Shown here: piece by piece, positions 53,521 to 64,000 of the stretch | Numbering within the stretch: position 1 is the stretch's first letter | Layout: every line of letters begins with the position of its first letter | Assembly (NCBI RefSeq): GCF_018977255.1 | Contig: NW_024704742.1 | Span: 107,944,001 to 108,008,000 of the forward strand | Direction: 5' to 3' | DNA from: Callorhinchus milii | Taxonomy: Eukaryota | Length of the DNA stretch: 64,000 nt | Translations under genes and position numbers: made by a program | Notes under the pieces: generated by a model | Database searches by the model: none | What the model was told of the DNA's origin: nothing | What the model saw: only the letters and a program-made list of their open reading frames with translations

Positions 53521-53943
53521 TAATAATAATCTTTGTATTTGATATAGCGCTTTATCACATTTTCAAGACATCTCAAAAGCGCTTCACCGAATATACTGTA
53601 AAGTGAATTGACTGTATATTTTGTGGGTGAAATGCAGCAGCCAATTTGAGACGTCTTTTGTTCTTCATCCTTCAAGCATATCAAATCGATCATCTTCCCA
53701 CTGCGCACAGCAGTGTCCCACAAACAGTTGTGGATTGAGTGACCAAATTATTATTTATTATTTGAAGGGATTATTACCCACAGAAACGCCAAACGACTTA
53801 CAACCAGGTTCCTACTTACTGCTAGGTAAATAGAGGTGTTTGGAATAAGGAAACTTGCCCAACGTGTCACCTGCCGGGAATCAAACCCCAGGTCCTCTCA
53901 CTTGCGAGGCAAGTTCTCTAACCACTGAGCTACAGAAATCCAC
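53521..53943 (-). mobile_element. SINE subfamily A with an internal templated insertion
   Basis: Family match, interrupted at about 53646-53700 by an inverted copy of nearby sequence. Confidence 0.9.
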
Positions 53944-55535
53944 AATTGTAACGATTAAAAATGCCCCAGATAAAATTGGTCATTCACTTCCTGACTGTTT
54001 AGTGCCTTGGGATGTCCTCCTGAAATAAAAGGCGCTTTACAAATGTAACTTTCCTGTCATTGTTTGTAGTACATTGCTACATATAAATTGGTTACTGCAA
54101 TTGCCTACAAAATACATAGTCACTACACTTTGCAATAAAATCCTGAGAAGCACTTTGAGACACTCCCCAATATGAAAAGCCCTCTATCAAATTCAAGGAA
54201 TATTATTATAACTACAGAAGTTTGTGGCTTCATGTGCATCTCTCTGGGGAAAGAGTGAGCATTCCATTCCAAACACGGGAATTTTCATGTGTAGGTAGCA
54301 TGTATGGAGCTCTTAGTTTGGCTTAGTTGCTCTTAAGCATAGTGATGGATTCCTCCCGCATGTGTCAGACACCCATCAGACATGTGATTTTTTACAAAAT
54401 TCAAATTGAAAACTTTGATATCTAAATACTGTAAACTCACTAAGGTGTCACATTGCAAAATTAGAATGACAATTCCTGAGCCTACAAAGACATCAGATGG
54501 AGTTGGTGAAGTGTGGGTTGCAGTGAATAATATCCGAACAATAGTGGATGACTTCACTTAATCGTTAACCCCCAACCCTCACCAAAAAAAAAGCACTTCT
54601 GCAGAAGTTTTCATCAAGAACCTGTACCTGTATCTCCCAGGGAAGGCTGTTAATGAGACTGACATCCAATAAGTTAACTGCATTTTCGTACCAGAAGCCT
54701 GCAACCCTTACCCAAATAGAGCACTGGTTGGGGAACTATTTTTCTGATTAAATCCAATTTAAATTCAGAACACTGCTCATGAGAAAAACAGTCAGCCATC
54801 ATGCTGAAACTACAGAGAAAAACAGTCAGCCATCATCCAACACAAACCTGTAATTAGGTCAAACAAAAGCACTCAGAACAATGAGTAGATGGTCTGTGCT
54901 TTTTAAAAAAAAATACTTTATAGCCATTATTCACGTGATGTGGATATAATTGAAGAATTTCAATAAAGTACCCAGTATTAAAAACAGAGGAGAAACTATA
55001 ACAACCCAACATGAGTACTGTACTAATCAAGAGAAACCTAAAACTAAAATTGCCTAGGGGATGGGCCAAAAGAAAAATTCATCCCAATTAGACCTCCTGG
55101 TCCCAGTGTGTTTCTAATCTCAACAATACCATCAAGGTTTTTTGGTGCTCAGCCAGGTGTCTGACCCACACAGAAACCCTTACTAGTTTCCAACCAGACA
55201 GAGTTCTACTTGTGTATATCACCTATACATGGAAATTTTCCTGTGTCTGGTACAGAATGTTCACCGTCTCCCTACAAAAACACATCCTTCTTACCTAATT
55301 CCTGTGAGCATTAGATGCAGGTTGGCAAGAGCCAAGGCTTGGGAGCCCCAAAGCGTGCATTGGGGGTACTGCTGGAGTCTAACCATTGGCAAACTGCTTG
55401 TCCAGTTAGGACCATTCTACCTATTAGGGCTTTGGCTTGCAGGGTTTGTAGGAGCTGAGTAGAAAAAAATCCCTGTGCCCAGTCACCAGTCAGGCCTTCC
55501 AAGTCTGACAGATGAGCCAGGCTGCCTGGTCACCA

Positions 55536-55990
55536 ATAACAACAACAAATTGTTGCAATACTTGTGCCTTTCACATCTAGAGGACATCCCAAGGTGTTGG
55601 ACAGTTGAGCTGCAGGCTGGAATCAAGATGGGTGGAGGTGGTGGTGGGAATATGACCTAAAGCGTGGTCGAAGAGGAAGGAAGGTCTTGAGATGGGCCTT
55701 GAAGGAGGTAAGGGAGGGGGGCAAGGGGAAAGGGGTCCAGGATGAAGTTCCAGAGGGTGGGTTCAGAAAGGCTGAAGACCCGACCTCTGCATTCTGGAGG
55801 ATGTGGAGCAGGCCAGTACCCACCAAGTGGAGAAGTTGGTTTGGTTTTAGGATGTCACAGAGATAGAGCGGAGTAAGACCGTGGATGCCTTAATGGCGAG
55901 AACAAGGATTTTACACTCGATCCTCTGGTGATCCTGCAGTGAAGCCAGGCAAATATAGGGATGATCGGCTCACGGAGCTGGAGTACCCTT
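55536..55990 (-). mobile_element. Older L2 3' fragment
   Basis: (CAA)n tail plus a diverged L2 3' end (ggtcttgagatgggccttgaaggagg) on the minus strand. Confidence 0.75.
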
Positions 55991-56593
55991 GAGCACCACG
56001 GATCCATCTGACTCAGAAACTGGACTACAAGAGACCACCACAGAAGGTTGGCTTGATTCTGACATACCTTTGCCAAACATGTCAGTTTGGAGCCAGCTCA
56101 ACAACCCCCACCCCCACCCCCGCCACCGAAGGATTTCTTCCTGACGTGAAAGGCTCTATGTAAATGTAAAATTGTATTGTAACCACTGCCATCAGAGGGG
56201 AGATGAGTGAGATGTTTTCCAAAGGGAGGAAATAGCAGCAGATCTTAAAAAAAATAGTGATTTCAATTGGGATTTCTTAATTAAGGAATGTATGTCAGGC
56301 AGACACGCAGGAACACGCTCTGCGGATACATCCAATTTCAGAGACGTGACTTAGTTTTGTTTACCACAAAGAGGCTCGATTCAGGTTAATGGAATCTCAG
56401 TTGAAATTGACATATTTTAGACTCCAGTATTTTTACAACTGAAACCTCTCAAATGGCAAGTCACGAACCTCTACTGCTGCAGGGGGCCACTGCAAAGGTC
56501 TAGCGAGGAAATGGCATATGAAGCACAAAGAAGGAAAACGATAAATAAAAACAAATCATCCTTATACCTGATAAGAGTGCCTTTCACATCAAG

Positions 56594-57097
56594 AGGCTTC
56601 GCGACCACATCACTCTCACTCTCGCTCACCTCCACTGGCTTCCAATCCCCCAGAAGATCCAATTCAAGATCTTCATCCTCACCTACAAGGCCATTCACGG
56701 CCTTGCTCCCTCCTACCTCTCCGACCTACTATCCCCCTACCTACCTGCCCGTACCCTCCGTTCCTATGGCTCCGGTCTGCTCCACATCCCCCGCCCCAAC
56801 CACTCTACCATCGGTGGCCGGGCCTTCAACCTCTCAGCCCCGAGGCTCTGGAACTCCATCCCCCAGTGCCTTCGCCTTGCCTCCTCCCTTTCCTCCTTCA
56901 AGGCCGGTCTCAAGACCTTTCTCTTTGACCGTACCTTCAGCTCCCCTCTCGACTCTCTACCCCCTCCTCGCTTCCTCCCTTCCCTCCCCTCACCCTGACC
57001 ATTTTCCCCCCAAGGCTCGGGTCCTGACCCAACTGTCCAGCACCTTGGGACGTCCTCCCGATGTGAAAGGCGCTCTATAAATGGAATCTTGTTGTTG
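56594..57097 (+). mobile_element. L2 LINE 3' fragment
   Basis: Near-identical to 47263-47850, with the same stem-loop and (TTG)n tail. Confidence 0.92.
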
Positions 57098-57466
57098 TCT
57101 CAAAGCGTTTCACAAAATTTACTGTAAAGTGGAGTGACTATGTATATTGTAGGCAAACTCAACAGCTATGTGCACAGCATTGTCCCACAAATAGCCATGA
57201 AATGATAAAACTATTTTTATATGGTGGATTATTGGCCAGGACACTGGGAAGTATTCCCTTCTCTTTCCAAACAGGGACAATGGCATCCTTAGCATCCACC
57301 TGAAAAGGCAGAATCTGTAATAATGTCTCATCTGAGGAACGGCACTTCCAGCACTGCAATTGATGGGTCAGCCTAGACTATGAGCTCAAAGTCCCAACGT
57401 AGGGCTTGAACCTACAACCTTCTGACTCAGAGGTGAGTATGCTACCACTTGAGCTAGGCTGACACC
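57098..57466 (-). mobile_element. DeuSINE-like element
   Basis: Same architecture as 12056-12503 (gtgtcagcctagctcaagtggtagc head; gatgagacatt...ggtggatgctaaggatgcc...gtgtcctggccaat). Confidence 0.75.
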
Positions 57467-57607
57467 CAATCTAAACATTGGTGAGCTACACGCATAAAAC
57501 TAAAGTAAAATTCACACAAATCGTATCAGTTGGGATCATAACATTTAATATGACTTACGCAAATCAAGAGTTACAGGCAAACTGTACAAGTTGTATAACC
57601 TGTACAT

Positions 57608-57973
57608 GTGGAGTCCTGTAGCTCAGTGGTTAGAGCATTGGCCTCGCAAGCAAGAGACCTGGGTTTGATTCCCGGCAAGGCGAAATGTTGGGCAAGTTTC
57701 ATTACGCCACACACATGCCTCTGTTTACCTAGCAGTAAGTAGGAACCCGGTTGTTAATCGATTGGCTTTTCCGGGGGTAATAATTCTTTCAAAAAAAATT
57801 GGTCATTCAATCCATGGCTGTTTATGGGACACTGCCTTGCACAATTGACTGCCCACGTTTCGCCGACAAAATACACAATCAATTCACTTTACAGTATATT
57901 CTGCGAAGCACTTTGAGACGTCTCAAAGATATATAAGGCGCCATTTCAAATGCAAGGATTATTATTATTATTA
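57608..57973 (+). mobile_element. SINE subfamily A, full length
   Basis: Head, middle, tail and (ATT)n end are all present. Confidence 0.92.
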
Positions 57974-58272
57974 AAATCCACTTTGATCAATAATCTAACC
58001 AGCACATGCGTAATTCAATGCAGCCGGTAACTGAGCATACGCTACTCCGTCACTGCAGCTGTAAGTGCGCATGCGGTGACAGATCAAGACTACATTTCCA
58101 GCGATTCAATGCGGCTGGTAAGTATGGGAGCATTGGAGGGTAGGCGAGTGGCGTTACAAATTCGGAGGTAATTAATACGAGTAGTGCAAAGAAATCCAAA
58201 GTTTTGATAGGAAACTGAATGGGACTCCGGTGAATGTACAGCTTAGGCGATTATTGATTTATGAAAATAGGA
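57974..58272. repeat. Unclassified dispersed repeat (second copy at about 6635-6775)
   Basis: Shared gcac.tgcgtaattcaatgcagc.ggtaa ... cgtcactgcagctg ... tcaagactacat.tcc..cgattcaatgc. Confidence 0.75.
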
Positions 58273-58800
58273 CTTATGCGAGTCTTACTGTATTCTAAAG
58301 GCATTCAGTACACTGGCTTTGCACATGCACCAGACTGGATATGTATTAAATCTTTGCTTCTGCCTTTAACCATCATCTGTACTGCTGATACTTACTACTC
58401 TGCTACAGGATGGGGGCTGGCCTGAGCTCTGGTTCATACTTAACAGTACATCCACTCAGTTCTCTCCTGATGTGAAACGCGATACCAACCTCGAAATCCC
58501 AAGCCATTTATTTGTTAGGCTTTTCTGCTAACCTGCTTCTTCAAGCTAAGTACAGAATTTGTAATCTGGCGTGAGTGCTCACTGCTTGCCAGCAATGAAA
58601 GGCTGTGCTCAGGCAGGGCTTGTAAGCCAACGAAAAAAATATGACCAAACCACTGTTCATACCAAATTTCAAATATTCTTAATATATAAAAAAAATCTCA
58701 TTATTGAAACTGTAGAGGGTACAAGCTGACCTCAAATCCCATTTCTTCACCCCACCCCATTTCCAAAACCTTTCTATTCCACCGAAGGCCTGCCACTTAC

Positions 58801-58919
58801 CTTCAGCCACTCAGCACACCACGGCTGCTAAGTTCAAAATTCTTCTTGCCGTAAGCAGAACAAGAGACCAACTATGATCCCTCCTAACTGGTTAATGGCA
58901 ATGCCGCAGAATTAGAGAA
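58801..58919 (-). other. Candidate 119-nt non-coding exon
   Basis: ggtttgtgtttttattgcag|TTCTCTAAT...GGCTGAAG|gtaagt, with stops in all three frames. Confidence 0.55.
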
Positions 58920-59349
58920 CTGCAATAAAAACACAAACCAAACCAAATAGAAAACATTCCTGTTTCACACTGCAAACCTACAGCAAGTAGTGACTACATT
59001 AATACAAACCAGCTACTGTGCAGCTGCAGAATCCATGTGAAATACATGCGTATCTCGTTGGCAAGCTCCAAGTAAGTTGAGCAAAAAAAACGTTAACCCT
59101 TTTTATAATGTAGTCTGAATGAATATAAAGTGACAGCATCGTAATTCACGTCTTTGGAGTGAATTTATTGATATGGAGTGATTTATTAGTATCCTTGGCC
59201 TTTGTCACATTGTTGACAAATGTGGTCAACAAGGCCAGTCCGTAACTGAAGACTGGAGTGACATCCCCCACTATCACTGTCACAATGGTTAGGTCCGAAG
59301 GGCCAAGCTGATACTTTCTCCTTTGCTACAGGATGGTGGGTGGGCTGAG

Positions 59350-59688
59350 CTCTCATTCACACCTAACAGTACGTCCACATCAACCTGTCTGCTCCCTCCG
59401 CTCAGCGGGCTCCAGCCTGCTCCAAGTTTCCCACCCGGCCCGCACCACCATTGGCAATTCGGCCTTCGGTCCCCACCCTTTAGAACTCACCCGACAGTCT
59501 CTTTGCCTTGCTCCCTCCCTTGCCTCCTTCAAGGCACGTCTCAAGGATCTCCTCTTCAACCGTGCCTTGGGTCACCCTCCTACCCTCCTGATCCCAACCC
59601 CCTGCTCGGATCCAAATCCCTGATTGTCCAGCACCTTGGGACGTTCTCCTGACGTGAATGGCATTATACAAATGTAATTTGTTGTTGT
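59350..59688 (+). mobile_element. Older L2 3' fragment
   Basis: Diverged match to the L2 ORF2 end (ccttcaaggcacgtctcaag) and tail (gggacgttctcctgacgtgaatggc...ttgttgttg). Confidence 0.8.
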
Positions 59689-62600
59689 ATGTTAGCTGCA
59701 GAATGGATTACTAGTTCACAGGATATCAATTTAACCCTGATTTTTTGGGGGTTGAATCAAGGCAACAGCAACAAATTACATTTGTATAGCGCCTTTCACA
59801 TCAGGACGTTCCAAGCAATATCCTACTAACCTCTCAGAAAACATGCCATCACTGAACTTTACAGTATATGCTGTTAAGCGCTTTGGGATATCCTTTAACG
59901 TACCAATGTACCAAATATAAGGATTATTATTAAGCAGCACTCCCTTTGCCATGATATGTAGCCGGAAAGTCCAAAGTCGGTGCAGATCACTTTTAATCCC
60001 ACCTTTGAGGCGAAGTTCTGGCCCGGGGAATGAGTTTTGCAGATAGTCTGTGGTTATTGGTGGGCTTCCCAATTATCAATAGCATGATACTTATCACCGG
60101 TGATAAATAACACGTCATAGGTCATAGTTTCGCCCTTTTATTACAAGACTGCTCTGAATTAGAAGAGGCTAGCAGAGATTTCTGATATTTCTCAAAGCTG
60201 TGGCTCCACTCATGGTGAATTCTTTGCCCGCCCACATTTTCAGCAGCACTTTTCTATTGCAGGGTCCTGAAGCAGCACTCACCTCAACATTTTTGGCAAC
60301 CGAATACAGAGCGCAGCATTCTGAAAACATTCCCGAAGAGAATAGCACTGCTGTGCTCCTGAATTTACAATCGTTAATGGTGGAATTATTAATACAGTAT
60401 TGGAATTCTACAGGCAGCAACCTAACAAATGTAAATCTATATTTTGAAGCTGCTATTGAGTGACAATAGTGACATGGATCAGTGCTCCCTAGAATAGAAA
60501 ATGTACCAATGAAAGCTGTCACCATAGACACATCACGCACCTCCTTTATGTCTCTCCAGACAAACTGCTTCCAATCTCCAAGTCTGGACCATCTTATTAT
60601 AGTTATGTATGAGCCATCACATCCATATCCTTCAGGAATATTGCACATGGTGCATAATAGTAATCATCATAATCCTTAAATTTATTACAGCACGTTATGT
60701 CGTTGAGATGTCACAAAGCGAATTTTAATAACTTACATTTATGTAGCAGCCTTAACAGGGGTAGCTTCTAAGAGCGCTTTGGTGTTACTGCGATTATCAC
60801 ATCACATACCACATAAACTGCATCGTACAAAGATTGTCGAACAGAACACATTAAGTATTCCTGTAGCATTTGTGTTTTCTGAGTATTAAAGTCTTTCCGG
60901 GAAGGTGCTAAACCAAGCCTGTGTCTGCCTGTTCAGTGGGATTTTAAAGATCCCTTGACCCTATTCTAAAAGGGAAGGGAATGTCTCCTTGTGTTCTGAC
61001 AAATAAGTCTTCAAGTTACTTGGTCATTCACCTTATCATTCATTTTTGCGACCTTGCCAGCTCACATGACTGCCGTGCTCTCCTACAAAAACAATCAATA
61101 CAGTTTCAAACATTTGAAACATTGACATGACAAGGTGCTATAAAAAGACATGTTTCGTTTCCTCTTTCTCTTGCAAATATACATATTGAACATAAGAAAT
61201 TCTACACAAAAAAGACCAAGGTCCATCTAGTTCGCCTTCCACCTTCCTGGCGGTCACATGCACATATGCCCCAAACCACCTATGTACTATATCCCATCAT
61301 GTTATTTCCTATAAGAACATAAGAAATGCGAGATGAAAAAAGATCAAGATCCATCTAATTCAAACAGAAAGAGCAAGTTCCAAATGCCAGCAGCTTTCCA
61401 TGATCTACTAAGACCATCTCTTTGAACATAAGCAGGGTGCACAAAGCGCAGTTACTCATTTTGTCCCATCAATAGCACTGAACCCATTCCTGAAGTAGTG
61501 TGTATTACAGTGATTTACAGGATAAGCTCACTACCACTGCTTCACTCCAGGTTAGTGGGAGGCGAGCTGGAGTGAGGTGGGACCAGCTGAATCTAGAGGA
61601 CTGAATCCTCTGAAACAAACAAAGGATATTAAATCATATTTAAAAGAAAAATCACTACCTTGGAAGGATGTGGGACAGTAGCCATGATATCTCAACTGCC
61701 AAGTTTCCGATCTCAACTATGCAGTTATGTCGGGAGTTCATGTGGAGAGGGAGTCACTGGAAAAGCAACGACAGTCTACATCTGTGCACTTTCCAACATT
61801 TGAATCCAGAAGAGTATTGGTGAAGGGCTGAGAGCCAATCCTCTTGCAGAAAGGATAGGCAGAGGGGAAAAGTGCTTTCAAACATGGAGTTTCACCAACC
61901 AAAATAAGTTGTTTTGAAAGGTTGCTTCTCGCTCTTTTTCATCTTACATATCAATTCCCAGGACTGGGAGATGTGTCGGGTCCTGGGATTTTGCAAAGCT
62001 GTGCATCACATGAAAGAAAAGGTGAATTACAGTATCACATGAATAATGAACGACAGGCGATCTCACAAGGCATTAACCTAATTAAGTACTTGTGATGATA
62101 CTATGAACTTCAGCAGCAATGTCTGAAATCATCTTAGGTGATTAGTTTTTATAACATATGTTTCAATTTGATGCACAAGTTATAATAATCCTTGCATTTG
62201 ATATAGCGCTTTTCACGTCTTCTAGACATCTCAAGCGCTTCACAGAATATGCTGTAAACGTTGATTCATTCAACATTTAGTTTAACGAACACCTGCATGT
62301 CAGGAATTTAATTTGACACGATGGGACTTTGGACACTTGTTAATAAATTTCCAACTCTACTTGGTAAACATATTGATAGAGGTACCAATAAGAAAGATCT
62401 GCTTCTCCTCACATCAGTGGAGGAGAAGGCTCTATTTGACATTGCTCAAGTCAACTGGACCACAACATACAACAACAACCTTACATGCGTGTAATTTCAT
62501 GTCGGGAGGATGTCCCATTTGTTTCAAGTTTCCAGCATTCATATTTTGCTTACATCAGAGGCTAGAAATACCAGCTAAACTTAGTCTGTACAACCATTTC

Positions 62601-63097
62601 ATCTCAAAATATAGGATTGTGGGATGTTTTAAAATTTGGTCTTAATTTGGAAGCTGGTTTTAAGCAGTTTTTTTTTTAAAAAAGCGACCTCCAAATTTGA
62701 ACTGATTTTAAGAATTTTCTAAAGTACTGAGCGACCTTGAATTTTGAGACAGATGGTCCTGTAAATTAAGATTAGGGGGGAAGTTAATACCCCAGAATTT
62801 TACAGTCAGCAAATATCATTGAGCATCTTTACCAATATGAAGGTTTAAATGTGGATGATTAGAGACACAGATGGTGCAGCTTGAGGCTCCTCATTATCTG
62901 TTTATGTGCTCTCACATTTTCCAATTCCATGTTTCATGTGTACATCTGGCAGAATATTATCCAACTACACCCATCCCAAAAAGACAACTGCTTAATAATT
63001 CAGTAACAGGTTTTCCAACTGGCTGGATGCTGTACATTAACACTCGACTGAGTGAAGTAAGGCCTGATTGACAACATTCATACAACATGCATACAAG

Positions 63098-63551
63098 ATA
63101 ATAATAATCCTTGCATTTGATATAGCGCCTTATCATGTCTTCAAGACGTCTCAAAGCGCTTCACAGAATATACTGTAAAGTGAATTGACTGTATTTTGTG
63201 GGCGAAACACAGCAGCCAATTGCACACAGCAGTGACCTTCAAACAGTCATGACCAATTGTTTTTTTGGGTGATTTAAAAAAAATCTTAAAAACCTTTTCT
63301 TGCCATATTACACATCATAAAACATCTATTTTAGTGAAATGCTTGACAAAAAGCTGGGCTCAGCCAGTGGCTACAAAAGTGGCTACTCCTGGAAAAGCAA
63401 TCCGTCAATCAACTAACAACCGGGTTTCTACTTACTGCTAGGTAAACAGAGGCGTGTGGAGTAAGAAACTTGCCCAAGGTTTCGCTCTGCCGGGAATCGA
63501 ACCCAGGTTTCTTGCTTGCGAGCGGTGCTCTAACCACTGAGCTACAGGACT
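63098..63551 (-). mobile_element. SINE subfamily A, split by unrelated sequence at about 63265-63385
   Basis: The tail half (63098-63260) and head half (63385-63551) lie in the same orientation. Confidence 0.85.
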
Positions 63552-64000
63552 TGATAAAAGTAAAAATCATTTGGTACTGTGCTTTTCATGTCAGGAAGAC
63601 ATCTCAAAGTGCTTCATAGGATATACTGTAAAGTGCAGCGACTGTGTGTTTTATGGGCGACCACAGCAGCCAATCTGCGTACAAAAATGTCCCACGTACA
63701 GCCATGAAGTGAGTGACTGATTTTATTGGAGTGATTGTTGGCCAGAACAAGATGCAGTTGTACATGACAGGAATAATAAAATAACATACTTTATTTGTAT
63801 GTAATAGTATATATTTACAGTATATTATGTGAAGCGCTTTGAGATGTCCCTATGATGTACAAGGCACTATATCAAATGCAAGGATTATTATTATTATTAT
63901 CCTATCAGCCTAAAGGAGGTAGGTTGACTATTGGGAAGTAAAGGTGCCAATTAACATGGAGAAAAGGCAGGGAGATAGAATTTTAAAATATGCAACGACA

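Noticed and set aside
54781..54836. 22-bp direct duplication gagaaaaacagtcagccatcat
   Set aside because: An ordinary slippage duplication with nothing inserted that would indicate a TSD.
60169..60679. Cluster of ORFs on both strands, up to 159 aa
   Set aside because: No domain, codon or splice evidence.
535..63154. The many 60-260 aa ORFs in the supplied track
   Set aside because: They are SINE translations (recurring ...IKCKDYYY peptides), alternative frames of L2, microsatellite read-through or random ORFs with no recognisable domain.

Overview
AT-rich, repeat-dense vertebrate DNA with no recognisable host protein-coding gene. The repeat content suggests a cartilaginous fish such as a chimaera or shark (inference). 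The only real protein-coding frame is the reverse transcriptase of a young, 5'-truncated L2-clade LINE (about 46177-47853). The window also holds many L2 and CR1 3' fragments, about 18 copies or fragments of a tRNA-Ala-headed SINE in two subfamilies that share a 3' stem-loop with the L2, and many older DeuSINE-like copies. There is one ~1 kb LTR-like insertion with a 4-bp TSD and an internal 64-bp tandem hairpin array, plus MITE-like elements and simple repeats. Four short minus-strand segments have strong splice signals but poor coding potential, and a candidate minus-strand promoter lies near 19.3-19.6 kb. This suggests the window is inside the long introns of a multi-exon 5'UTR or lncRNA. 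I see no convincing new biological system; the best leads are listed as findings. Repeat boundaries were read by eye and are approximate.
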